The notes under the pieces were generated by a model. It worked only from the letters and a program-made list of their open reading frames with translations. It did not search any database and was not told where the DNA came from. DNA of 64,000 nucleotides, taken from Chloroflexota bacterium. Lineage in GTDB: Bacteria > Chloroflexota > UBA6077 > FW602-bin22 > JACPRP01. The position numbers and the translations under genes are program-made. Positions 18,287-26,946 of the stretch are shown in pieces. Positions within the stretch are counted from its first letter, which is position 1. Every line of letters begins with the position of its first letter. The DNA is taken from positions 9,231 to 73,230 of the forward strand of contig JACPRP010000102.1 of the NCBI GenBank assembly GCA_016189905.1, in the 5' to 3' direction.

Positions 18287-18360
18287 GGAAGGGGCTTCGG
18301 CGTTAACGGATGCGAAACGGATAAACGGACATGATCGTCGGGTCACATCCGTTGACGCCG
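18287..18360. repeat. GGCGTCAACGGAT-family intergenic repeat, copy R2
   Basis: It reads ggaaggggcttcGGCGTTAACGGATgcgaAACGGATAAAcgga...catccgttgacgcc. Its ends form an inverted repeat. Confidence 0.65.
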
Positions 18361-18425
18361 CTAAACAAATAACCTTGTGCAAACATAAGCCGGTGTAGAG
18401 ACTTGAGGTTGTGGTGAACCAGCCG

Positions 18426-19118
18426 TTAAGTCAGTGGCTCAATAATGCCCTGCTGCAAGGCGAGCGAAACCGCCTCGGAGCAGTTCTTGACCTGTAGCTT
18501 TCGCAGTATTCGTGCCCGGTAGTTCTCGATCGTCTTCGAGCTCAGGGATAGTCTGCTGGCGATCTGCTTGCTGGTGTAGCCCTGCCTGATCAGCCCAAGG
18601 ATGGCCTTCTCTTGCTCGGTGAGCGGGCCGTGGGATGAGGAACGCCTGCCGCGTTTGCGCAGGGATTCCATAACGGTTTTCGTGGCCAGTGGATCGAGAA
18701 ACATCAGGCCATCCGCCACAGTCCTGATAGCCTGGACCAACTCGTTAGTCATCGATTGCTTCATCAGATAACCCGAGGCGCCAGCGTCGATCATCCCGAG
18801 AAGGTATTCGTCCGCGGAGAATACGCTCCACGCCAGAACCCGCACATCGGGGCTATCTTTCGTCAATTTACGCGTCACCTCTATGCCGCTAACGCCCGGC
18901 AGGCCCAGGTCCATCACCACCACGTCTGGCTTAGTATGACAGAGAAACTCCATCGCTTCCTCACCGCTCCCAACCCTGCCGACGACTTCGATATCCGCTT
19001 CGTTTTCCAGCAACATGCACACGCCGTCGCGGACTATGGTATGGTCCTCGACTACAAGAACCTCTATTGAACCCCTATCTTTTGTAGCCGTATCGCTTAA
19101 GCTAGTTTTTCTGGTCAT
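18426..19118 (-). CDS. NarL/FixJ-family response regulator (REC + LuxR-type HTH), paralog 2
   Basis: It aligns closely with paralog 1 along its whole length (EVLVVEDHTIVRDGVCMLL..., DAGASGYLMKQS, QGYTSKQIASRLSLSSKTIENYRARILRKL). It overlaps the kinase gene by 17 nt. Confidence 0.9.
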   Translation of the reverse strand: MTRKTSLSDTATKDRGSIEVLVVEDHTIVRDGVCMLLENEADIEVVGRVGSGEEAMEFLCHTKPDVVVMDLGLPGVSGIEVTRKLTKDSPDVRVLAWSVFSADEYLLGMIDAGASGYLMKQSMTNELVQAIRTVADGLMFLDPLATKTVMESLRKRGRRSSSHGPLTEQEKAILGLIRQGYTSKQIASRLSLSSKTIENYRARILRKLQVKNCSEAVSLALQQGIIEPLT

Positions 19119-19875
19119 CTTTCACTTCTCTGATCGGTAGCTTGGCATGAATCGTCGTCCCAGCAGACGGGCTGGACTCAACCTCCAGCGCGCCGCCGAG
19201 AGCGGTCGCGCGCTCTCGCATGCCCACAACCCCCATTTTCGGCCGAATTTCCCCGGGCTTGACCGCCCTGGGATCGAACCCGACGCCATCATCCTCCACC
19301 CACAGCTCCGCGTATTCAGTCGTGAAGTGGAGATGCACGCGAACGGTAGTGGCCTTAGCGTGCTTGCGCACGTTGGCCAGGGCCTCCTGAACGACCCGGA
19401 AGATAGCCAACTCGATGGCGGAGTCCATCTTTCTCAAGGGCGGCTCCAGCTCGACCTTGAGCGCGACACTGCCAAGTTTGGCGTGATTCTTCAGGTAGCT
19501 GCGCAGCGCGGGGAGCAGCCCGAGATCGTCGAGTATCCTTGGCCGCAGGTCGAAGGCCAGACGGTGAAGCTCCTCGGTGCATTCGTCCAGGGTCTGTCTG
19601 GCTTGCGCCACCAGATCTCGCGCGACGAACGCCCGCGGCAGCATTGCCATCGCCTGATCTAGCAAGAAGGTGGCCGAAATAAGCAACTGGCCGGCTTCGT
19701 CGTGGATCTCGCGCGCGATCTTGCCACGCTCCGCTTCGAGGACGGCGATCAAACGCTCGCTCATCAATACATCGTCCATGTGGGCCCTACCAGCCGGTGC
19801 GGGCGCTTCCTGGAATTCAAGATCCGAGTTTACGTGATCTTCATCCTGCCGCTCTGGCTCTGGGAGCTCTTTCAT
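19102..19875 (-). CDS. Cytoplasmic histidine kinase (HisKA_3 + HATPase_c) with no TM segment or sensor domain
   Basis: The H-box is KIAREIHDEAGQLL, the N-box is QEALANVRKHA, and the G-boxes are DDGVGFD and GVVGMRERATALGG. Only about 45 acidic residues precede the DHp domain. Confidence 0.85.
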   Translation of the reverse strand: MKELPEPERQDEDHVNSDLEFQEAPAPAGRAHMDDVLMSERLIAVLEAERGKIAREIHDEAGQLLISATFLLDQAMAMLPRAFVARDLVAQARQTLDECTEELHRLAFDLRPRILDDLGLLPALRSYLKNHAKLGSVALKVELEPPLRKMDSAIELAIFRVVQEALANVRKHAKATTVRVHLHFTTEYAELWVEDDGVGFDPRAVKPGEIRPKMGVVGMRERATALGGALEVESSPSAGTTIHAKLPIREVKDDQKN

Positions 19876-20077
19876 ACTGTCTCATAATTGGCAGTCAGCC
19901 AATTTGTTAAAGGCACCGTTTTACCCCTAGGGAATCAGAATTGATTGCGCCAAGTTATACAATACATGAGTGAGGTTGGACTGAAGGCAAAAACCAGGTT
20001 AAAAGATGGTTAGATGTTAGCCGTTAGATCGATCGGTTGCCATCGGCGCCGCTGCCGCAATTGCGTGGACGATCGGG

Positions 20078-20140
20078 GGAATAGGGGCTTTGGCGTCAAC
20101 GGATATTGAACGGATAAACAGATGGGATCTCGATGATCCC
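20078..20140. repeat. GGCGTCAACGGAT-family intergenic repeat, copy R3
   Basis: It reads ggaataggggctttGGCGTCAACGGATattgAACGGATAAAcaga. Confidence 0.6.
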
Positions 20141-20224
20141 CAGGCATTCACACTGAGCGTCGCAACGGCAACGGGTGTCTAAACAGATCCCCACTTTCTG
20201 GCTCTGCGAAGCGGACAGCCCTTA

Positions 20225-20233
20225 TGCTATAAT
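20225..20233 (+). promoter_or_regulatory. Candidate extended -10 promoter element (TGcTATAAT) upstream of the M50 protease gene
   Basis: TGCTATAAT lies about 55 nt upstream of the ATG at 20287. The -35 is weak. Confidence 0.35.
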
Positions 20234-20286
20234 ACTCTGAAGGTCGAAACGGCAGTCTAATACGCAACTTCTTAGAGGAATAAGTA

Positions 20287-20946
20287 ATGTTTGGCTCTGG
20301 CATTGACCTGTACTCGTTGGTGCTTGGCTTCGTCGTTATTATGCTTTCGATCACAGTTCACGAGGCGAGCCACGCGCTGATGGCATACAGGCTCGGCGAC
20401 TCGACCGCCAAGTATTTAGGGCGCTTGACCCTGAACCCTATCGCTCATATGGACCCGCTGGGAACCATCATGATCCTGATGACCATGCTCGGGGGGTTTG
20501 GCATAGGTTGGGGGAAGCCGGTGCCCGTTAACCCTCACAATCTACGCAACGGACCGAAGACGGGGATGGCTCTGGTCTCGGCAGTGGGCCCGATCTCCAA
20601 TCTGGCGCTTGCCGCGGCGCTCGCCATTCCACTTCGCTTCAATGGCGTAACCAACCCGATGGTAGCCGACATCCTGTTTTTCTTCGTCACACTGAACGTG
20701 GCGCTCGCGGCGTTTAACATTATTCCGCTGCCCCCGCTGGACGGATTCAAGGTGCTGCTGGGCATCCTGCCGTATCGCCAGGCGTATTCGCTGTCCCGCC
20801 TCGAGAACTATGGGCCAGCTATCCTGCTGTTGGTTATTTTCGCTGGACCGTTCGTAGGGATAAACATCCTGGGGATGTTGATGCGGCCGTTGATGAACGC
20901 TCTCTACTGGCTGATAATGGGCTTCCCGGGGTTCGGATTCTTCTAG
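20287..20946 (+). CDS. Site-2 protease family (peptidase M50) membrane protein
   Basis: It has HEASHALMAYRLGD (HExxH), LTLNPIAHMDPLGT, and a downstream NIIPLPPLDG motif. Confidence 0.8.
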   Translation: MFGSGIDLYSLVLGFVVIMLSITVHEASHALMAYRLGDSTAKYLGRLTLNPIAHMDPLGTIMILMTMLGGFGIGWGKPVPVNPHNLRNGPKTGMALVSAVGPISNLALAAALAIPLRFNGVTNPMVADILFFFVTLNVALAAFNIIPLPPLDGFKVLLGILPYRQAYSLSRLENYGPAILLLVIFAGPFVGINILGMLMRPLMNALYWLIMGFPGFGFF

Positions 20947-20963
20947 CAGGACTCGAAGGCATT

Positions 20964-21461
20964 TTGAGCGCTGTTTATCGCGTCCGCCAGTTCCTCGCCG
21001 CGCTGAGGGCCAGGGTCGAGCCCGGTGAGCTGCAAGTTCTCGACCGGTATCTCGATTCAGCCCAGAAGGAGCTTTTCGTGGCGATGGAGTTGCAAGATCA
21101 GCGGCATAGCCTGAACGTTTTCTACCAGTTGTCCGAGGCCGGACACGACGATCGCGAGCTACTGCAGGCAGCGCTGCTGCACGACGTGGGGAAGGCTCGG
21201 GCCGGGCTGGGCATCTGTCACAGGGTCGCCATCGTGCTGCTCAGGGCGATCAGGCCAGGCCTCGTGCGGGGGATTGGCTCGGCGGATCGAAGAAGCTGGC
21301 GCAATCCTTTCTGGGTTCATCAGCACCACGGCCAGCTTGGGGCCGAGCTAGTGGCCAGGCGGGGAGGCAGCAAGAAGCTCGTGGAGCTTGTCCGCCACCA
21401 TCAGCATCCATCCGCCGAACCTCTGGCTCAGGCGCTCTACCGGGCCGACGGGGAGAACTAA
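20964..21461 (+). CDS. HD-domain phosphohydrolase-like protein
   Basis: It has H...LLHDVGKA, an HD signature. Length is 165 aa. Confidence 0.65.
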   Translation: MSAVYRVRQFLAALRARVEPGELQVLDRYLDSAQKELFVAMELQDQRHSLNVFYQLSEAGHDDRELLQAALLHDVGKARAGLGICHRVAIVLLRAIRPGLVRGIGSADRRSWRNPFWVHQHHGQLGAELVARRGGSKKLVELVRHHQHPSAEPLAQALYRADGEN

Positions 21462-21622
21462 CTAAATAGAGCGGCATAGCATTCGCTATCTGCTGGTCTG
21501 GCAGGGCAGGTTTCACACCTGCCCCTACCACAGACACTTTTCGTGTCGGACCATTTAGGTGACTGATTTCCAGGTGCGAGATATTCTTTCCACATCAGAA
21601 TCTAACCAGGAGATGCGGCGAT

Positions 21623-22564
21623 ATGAAGATAACGATTATCGGTCTTGGGTTGATTGGCGGCTCGCTCGGGCTCGCTATCCGGCGCAGCGACATCGCCGAG
21701 GAAGTTATCGGGCATAATCGAAGCTACTCGGCAGCGCGGCGGGCGCAGCAGCGCGGCGCGATCGACCGTGCCGAACATAATCTCCCTGCCGCCGTCGAGC
21801 AAGCCGACCTGGTCATCGTCGCCACGCCGGCCGGCACGGTAAAGAGCATCTTCAGCCAGATCGCTCCATACCTGCCGCCACACTGCGTCGTCTCCGACGT
21901 CGCCAGCACCAAGAAGCAAGTGGTCGACTGGGCCGGGGAGCTGCTACCAGAGCACAACTTCGTCGGCGGGCACCCGATGGCCGGCAAGGAGAAATCAGGA
22001 ATCGAGGAAGCCGATGCCAACCTGTTCACGGGCTGCACCTACTGCATCACACCTTCCCCGAAAGCCGCACCGGAAGCGATCGAGCTCGTGGCCGCGCTCG
22101 TCACCGCCATCGGCGCGAAGCCTTTCTTCGTGGACCCGTCCGAGCACGACAGCTACGTTGCCGCGGTCAGCCACGTGCCCTTCATCGCGTCCACGGGCCT
22201 GTTCTGGACGGCTGGGGGCAGCCAGAGCTGGCGCGACATGCGCAAGCTGGCGGCGACAGGATTCCGTGGAACCACCCGCCTCGCCAGCGGCGATGTCGTG
22301 ATGCACCGTGACATCTGCCACACAAACCGCGAAAACATCCTGCACTGGCTCGACGCCTACATCACGGAGCTAACCGGGATGCGCGAGCTGATCGCGGCGG
22401 GAGACGACCGGCTGGAGGAAGCTTTCCGCAAGGCCAAGGAAGCCCGGGATGCCTGGCTGGAGCAAGGCGACGATGCCGACGCCGACGCTGGTTCCGTCGT
22501 GATCCCCAGTACTGGCGAGCAGATCAGGCAGATGCTCTTTGGCAATCGCAAACAGGGAAGGTAG
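21623..22564 (+). CDS. tyrA: Prephenate/arogenate dehydrogenase
   Basis: The N-terminal Rossmann motif is KITIIGLGLIGGSLGLA. It also has FVGGHPMAGKEKSG and a C-terminal PDH dimerisation region. Confidence 0.85.
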   Translation: MKITIIGLGLIGGSLGLAIRRSDIAEEVIGHNRSYSAARRAQQRGAIDRAEHNLPAAVEQADLVIVATPAGTVKSIFSQIAPYLPPHCVVSDVASTKKQVVDWAGELLPEHNFVGGHPMAGKEKSGIEEADANLFTGCTYCITPSPKAAPEAIELVAALVTAIGAKPFFVDPSEHDSYVAAVSHVPFIASTGLFWTAGGSQSWRDMRKLAATGFRGTTRLASGDVVMHRDICHTNRENILHWLDAYITELTGMRELIAAGDDRLEEAFRKAKEARDAWLEQGDDADADAGSVVIPSTGEQIRQMLFGNRKQGR

Positions 22565-22581
22565 AGGTACTCGCGATTCGC

Positions 22582-22620
22582 GTTAGACCGACGCGGTCTC
22601 GGAAACCGCGTCGGTCTAAC
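22582..22620. terminator. AGACCGAC-family palindrome between the convergent tyrA and mnmE genes (candidate bidirectional terminator)
   Basis: A perfect 16-bp stem (gttagaccgacgcggt / accgcgtcggtctaac) encloses a 7-nt loop. There is no U-tract. Confidence 0.5.
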
Positions 22621-22632
22621 TGGATCCTACTG

Positions 22633-24024
22633 CTACTTGCCGATGCAGAACCGGCTGAAGATGTTATCTAGAAGGTCTTCGGTGACGGTCTCGCCCGTTA
22701 TCTCGCCGAACGCGTTGGCGGCCGCTGCCAGGTCGATGGTGACGAAATCTGCCGGCATCCCCGAGCTATGGCTTTCCCTGGCCGCTTCCAGGTGCGCCAG
22801 CGCTCGTCCGAGCACGTCCTTGTGCCGGGGGTTCGAGACGAGCAACGCGTCCGAGGTCGAGACATCTCCAGCCAGAACCGTGCGCGCAACAACCGCTTCG
22901 ATTTCCCCCAACCCATCGGCAGTGGACGCCGACGCGTGTACAATCGGTGCATCGCCCAGGGAATCGGCTAGCTCGCGCATCTCAAGGCAGCGAGGCAGGT
23001 CAGACTTGTTGACCACCGTCACCCGAGGACGCGCGGCGACCAGGGCGGCGATCTCCCGGTCCTCTCGCGACAGGGGCTGGCTGCCATCGACGACGAAGAT
23101 GACCAGGTCCGCCGTGGCGATAGCCTGGCGGCTCCGCTCGACGCCCAACTGCTCGACCACATTGTCCGTCTCAGTTATCCCCGCCGTATCCACGAGAACG
23201 ATGGGAATGCCCCGCAGGTTCACCACCTCCTCGAGAGTGTCGCGGGTGGTGCCCGGAATCGGGGTGACGATCGCCCGGTTTTCACGCAGGAGCGCGTTCA
23301 GGAGGCTCGATTTCCCCACGTTTGGCCTGCCGACGATGGCCGTCCTCAGCCCCTGTCGATAGACGATGCCGGCATCGGCGTTCCTCAGAAGATCCTGCAC
23401 ACGGAGGATAGCGCCATCGAGGGAGGGCACGATATCTTGCTCCGGAATCTCGTCCTCGGCGAAATCTATCGTCGCCGTGAGATAGGCGGCGATTTCGACA
23501 ACTTGCGCCCGCACCGCCTTTATCTCGTGCGATAGTCGTCCGCCGAGCTGGCCCATCGCCACTCGCAGTCCGACATCCGTCCTGGCCCTGATCACATCGA
23601 GCACCGATTCCGCCTGGGCGAGATCGATGCGGCCGTTGACGAAGGCGCGCAGCGTGAACTCGCCGGGATGCGCCAGCCGGGCGCCTTGTCGCAAGACCAG
23701 CCCAAGGATGCTTTGCAGCGGGATCGCTCCACCGTGGCAACTGATCTCCACCACGTCCTCCCGCGTGTAGGTGTTCGGGGCAGCCATATGCACCGCCAGC
23801 ACCTCGTCGACGGTCTCCCCATCGCTGGGATCGACGATGTGGCCGTAGTGTACGCGCCAGGGCCCCAGAGGGCGACTATGATCACCGCTGGCGTCGCGCC
23901 GTGGGCCCTTCCTCACGAACACTTTTCTCAATATTCCCAGGGCTTCATCTCCGCTCAAACGGACGATGCCGATGCCGCCTTCACCCACTGGCGTCGAAAT
24001 CGCCGCTATAGTATCATTAACCAA
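22633..24024 (-). CDS. mnmE: tRNA uridine-5-carboxymethylaminomethyl modification GTPase MnmE
   Basis: It reads DTIAAISTPVGEGGIGIVRLSG, has the G1 motif GRPNVGKSSLLNAL and G3 motif DTAG, and ends in the C-terminal CIGK signature. I place the start at TTG 24024, preceded by GGAGGTG. The track ORF extends to 24096. Confidence 0.92.
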   Translation of the reverse strand: MVNDTIAAISTPVGEGGIGIVRLSGDEALGILRKVFVRKGPRRDASGDHSRPLGPWRVHYGHIVDPSDGETVDEVLAVHMAAPNTYTREDVVEISCHGGAIPLQSILGLVLRQGARLAHPGEFTLRAFVNGRIDLAQAESVLDVIRARTDVGLRVAMGQLGGRLSHEIKAVRAQVVEIAAYLTATIDFAEDEIPEQDIVPSLDGAILRVQDLLRNADAGIVYRQGLRTAIVGRPNVGKSSLLNALLRENRAIVTPIPGTTRDTLEEVVNLRGIPIVLVDTAGITETDNVVEQLGVERSRQAIATADLVIFVVDGSQPLSREDREIAALVAARPRVTVVNKSDLPRCLEMRELADSLGDAPIVHASASTADGLGEIEAVVARTVLAGDVSTSDALLVSNPRHKDVLGRALAHLEAARESHSSGMPADFVTIDLAAAANAFGEITGETVTEDLLDNIFSRFCIGK

Positions 24025-24110
24025 GTCCTCACACCTCCGATGGTCGACCAGAGTAAATTTTATCAGGTAGACAAATTCGTGACAAACTTCGACCAAACAG
24101 TGTGGGGCCG

Positions 24111-24148
24111 AGACCGACCCGTCCTTCGGCGGAAGGACGGGTCGGTCT
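24111..24148. repeat. AGACCGAC-family palindrome
   Basis: A perfect 17-bp stem (agaccgacccgtccttc / gaaggacgggtcggtct) encloses a 4-nt loop. Confidence 0.8.
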
Positions 24149-24220
24149 GAAGCCGCCCGGTACTTGAGCCATATGCAATTCTGCGAGAGAAAAAGTATAA
24201 GCTGCTGAAGGAGGGACCAT

Positions 24221-24691
24221 ATGCCTCTGAACGACTATATCAGCAAACGCGATTTCACGCGGACACCCGAGCCACCGGGCGAGATACACGAATCAGGGTT
24301 GCGCCGGTTCGTCGTACAAAGGCATCAGGCCAGCCACCTGCACTACGATTTCAGGCTGGAAATAGAAGGCGTGCTCAAGAGCTGGGCCGTGCCGAAAGGA
24401 CCACCTGAAGAGCCCAAAGTTCGCCGGCTTGCCATCCAGGTTGAAGATCATCCCGTCGGATACATCGACTTTGAGGGCACCATTCCCGAGGGCTACGGCG
24501 CGGGAACCGTGGAGATCTGGGACAGGGGAACCTTCGAGCTGATCGCAAAAGATGAGGGGAAGCTCGTTTTTCAGTTGCAGGGCGGCAGGCTGCACGGCGC
24601 CTACACCCTCATCCGCACGCGTCCCCCCGATCAATGGATTCTATTGAAAAACAACGACGCTAAGAGGGCAGGGGACAGGGAAGGTCGATAG
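24221..24691 (+). CDS. Stand-alone LigD-type 3'-phosphoesterase (PE) domain protein
   Basis: It reads YISKRDFTRTPEP...RFVVQRHQASHLHYDFRLE..LKSWAVPKGP...HPVGYIDFEGTIPEGYGAGTVEIWDRG, which matches the LigD PE domain signature as I recall it. Confidence 0.8.
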   Translation: MPLNDYISKRDFTRTPEPPGEIHESGLRRFVVQRHQASHLHYDFRLEIEGVLKSWAVPKGPPEEPKVRRLAIQVEDHPVGYIDFEGTIPEGYGAGTVEIWDRGTFELIAKDEGKLVFQLQGGRLHGAYTLIRTRPPDQWILLKNNDAKRAGDREGR

Positions 24692-24769
24692 CCACGGCGT
24701 TCGGCCTGAAGACGAGCGAGAGGGGATGCGTCGAGCGTCTGCCGATCGCGGCTCAATCGCAGGATACCT

Positions 24770-25147
24770 TTACGCTTCGACCGCATTGCCGATCCACTCA
24801 AGGCGCCGCAGGGCGCCCGAAGGCAAGAGCTCGACGAGCACGACGTCAATGCGATAATCCGTGAGCGGCACGCTGCAGGCCTGCACATACTCTTCGGCGA
24901 GGTGAACCAACTTTTGCCTCTTCGCGCGGGTAATGGATTCCTCCGGCGTGCCAAACGCGCCGCTCCGTCTCGTTCGTACCTCCACGAAGACGAGCGTCTC
25001 GGCGTCTTTAGCCACGATGTCGATCTCGCCCAGCCGTGTGCGAACGTTGCGGCCAAGAACGCGAAGACCCCGCTTGCACAGATGATCCACGGCAATCTGC
25101 TCACCCAATGCACCCAGCGCCTTCCTATCGCCGCTTTTCGATCCCAA
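24770..25147 (-). CDS. yraN: YraN-family (UPF0102) endonuclease-like protein
   Basis: It reads GALGEQIAVDHLCKRGLRVLGRNVRTRLGEIDIVAKDAETLVFVEVRTR, a PD-(D/E)xK-like core. Confidence 0.8.
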   Translation of the reverse strand: MGSKSGDRKALGALGEQIAVDHLCKRGLRVLGRNVRTRLGEIDIVAKDAETLVFVEVRTRRSGAFGTPEESITRAKRQKLVHLAEEYVQACSVPLTDYRIDVVLVELLPSGALRRLEWIGNAVEA

Positions 25148-25162
25148 GGTTGCCTCCTAATA

Positions 25163-25459
25163 CTAGCGATTCCGTGCCCTGCGGTAGGCTACGTCGTGTA
25201 CACCAAAGGCGATGACGGTAACACGCTGATGATCGTCGTCTACTTCGTATACGATACGATAGGCGACACCTCGAAAGGTGAAGGCGTAAGCGCGAACGTG
25301 CGAGAGGTCGCCTTTTTTCTTCTCGCCGACCGCTTTAGGATCTCTGGTAATTGCCGGGATATGCTCGGTAACGAGCTGAGTGGCGAGAGCCCGGTTGTGC
25401 TTGATCAACTTGTCCAGATCGTCTACCGCCGACCTGGCGAAATCGGAGTCGTAGGCCAC
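25163..25459 (-). CDS. RelE/ParE-family type II toxin
   Basis: 98 aa. The C-terminal YRIVYEVDDDHQRVTVIAFGVHDVAYRR is typical of RelE/ParE toxins. It lies 6 nt downstream of a small putative antitoxin ORF. Confidence 0.8.
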   Translation of the reverse strand: MAYDSDFARSAVDDLDKLIKHNRALATQLVTEHIPAITRDPKAVGEKKKGDLSHVRAYAFTFRGVAYRIVYEVDDDHQRVTVIAFGVHDVAYRRARNR

Positions 25460-25465
25460 AAACAG

Positions 25466-25822
25466 CTAATCCAATCCCAGCTTCGCCCGCGCCGCCGCAA
25501 GGACCTCCGAGCCGTGGACTCGTGGCTCGGCGATCCGCTTGCTCACTAGATCATCCTCGTCCGGCCCCCCCAGCAGCAGTATGTCCGCTTGAGCTGAGAG
25601 CTGGCGTTCCAGGCCCGCCATTAGATCAAGCGCCTCCGCGTAAGCGCGGGCGAGCTCCACTAGCCCATCCAGCGGAACGACGGCCATATCCTCGTGGTCC
25701 CCAAAGCGGAGGGTGTAGACCTTTCCGTCGTGGCCCACATCCCGGTGAATCTGGTCCGCTTTCTTTTTTAGATCGCTAACCGTAACACTTTTTCGCTGCG
25801 CCAGAGTCGCAAGGTCAATCAC
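25466..25822 (-). CDS. Putative antitoxin (Phd/YefM-like or unclassified)
   Basis: The call rests mainly on its position directly upstream of the toxin. I place the start at GTG 25822, preceded by GGAGGA. It contains SVTVSDLKKKADQIHRDV...VYTLRFGDHEDMAVVPL. The family assignment is uncertain. Confidence 0.55.
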   Translation of the reverse strand: MIDLATLAQRKSVTVSDLKKKADQIHRDVGHDGKVYTLRFGDHEDMAVVPLDGLVELARAYAEALDLMAGLERQLSAQADILLLGGPDEDDLVSKRIAEPRVHGSEVLAAARAKLGLD

Positions 25823-25957
25823 GACGTCCTCCGTACATCTACAGTATTCATTCAGTATTCCATGCGTATCTATGCTACCAGTTTGACAGTGCATTTGCAA
25901 GCGCAGCGACGCTAACGTCTAGAGCAGCCTGGGCCTGGGCGCGCCTGCCCAGTTTTA

Positions 25958-26743
25958 TCACGAGCCACGATGGTGCTGGCAGAGATCCCAGAAGGATGAT
26001 TCCACCTTGACTCCGCACACAATACATTGCCCCCCCAGTCTGCACTGGCGCTTCGCCTCGGTTATGATCCTCAGACGCTCAGACTTGTCCGCAGCTTTCA
26101 CGCTCTCCTGCCTCTTCCTCTCGGCCGACTCCGGCAGACCCGCCACTCGTTCCGCTTCCAGTATCTGCAACTCCTCTCGCTGCGCTCGGGGCAACACGTA
26201 GCCCAAGTCCAAAGCAATCACGAACGTATTGGCACTGATAGCCAGTCTGGATCCGTCGGCGCTGAACTTGGGGGGCGCAGAGACCCTCGAACCCTCCCCC
26301 CAATTGATCTGAATCGGCAGCTCGGCCCCCGTTTGGGTATCCCAGAATCGGCGTGCTTTTCGAGTCGGGGCAAAGTTCGTCCGAAGGTCGGCGAACACGC
26401 CGCCGTCTGGACTGAAGCCGAAGCTCTCGTCACCAAACAAGCTGAATATCCTCGACAATAGCCGATGGTCGAAGGAAGCGGTGTCCCACAGTTCTATGTG
26501 CCCCCTGGAGAGTGCCGCAACCATCCCGCTGTCCGGACTGATTCGCATGGCGTCCCAGCCCTTATCTAGACGATCGCCTTCCGGCTGGAGGAAGGCAAGC
26601 AGGAGCCCAGTTCCGAGCCTCGGACCAGGCACCTCACGATCATTTTCCAGGTCATATAAGTGCACTTGGCCCCCTGCCACGATCGCAAGCAGATTCGCAT
26701 TGCTGGGGCTGAAAACCACCTCCCAGATCTCCTCAAAAGCCAT
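25958..26743 (-). CDS. Hypothetical protein with WD40-like repeats and a C-terminal Cys/His zinc-ribbon-like tail
   Basis: Repeats of the type FSPSNANLLAIVAGGQVHLYD, ISPDSGMVAALSRGHIELWD, FSPDGGVF and FSADGSRLAIS are present. The tail is CRLGGQCIVCG...CQHH. The start is set at ATG 26743 because the track start (26890) lies inside the MITE. Confidence 0.5.
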   Translation of the reverse strand: MAFEEIWEVVFSPSNANLLAIVAGGQVHLYDLENDREVPGPRLGTGLLLAFLQPEGDRLDKGWDAMRISPDSGMVAALSRGHIELWDTASFDHRLLSRIFSLFGDESFGFSPDGGVFADLRTNFAPTRKARRFWDTQTGAELPIQINWGEGSRVSAPPKFSADGSRLAISANTFVIALDLGYVLPRAQREELQILEAERVAGLPESAERKRQESVKAADKSERLRIITEAKRQCRLGGQCIVCGVKVESSFWDLCQHHRGS

Positions 26744-26854
26744 TTTGCGCTCATTCCAAAATGATAACCTCTTTGCCTCTCGGGCAGGGGAAGTCCACCG
26801 CAGGAATCTCTTTTCGAATTTCGAGACCCTTTCGAAGGTGGCCGTAGCAGCCTC

Positions 26855-26946
26855 TATAGCAGTTTGCATTTTGATATGGCTACATTGCATACGCTCGGTA
26901 TATCGGTGGCTGCTCCGCTAGCCAAAATCCTTTGCAAACTGCTATA
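26855..26946. mobile_element. MITE-like element, copy 2 (uninterrupted, 92 bp)
   Basis: It has the same 14-bp TIRs as copy 1 and is identical to copy 1 over all 92 bp. TATA is present at both ends. Confidence 0.75.
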
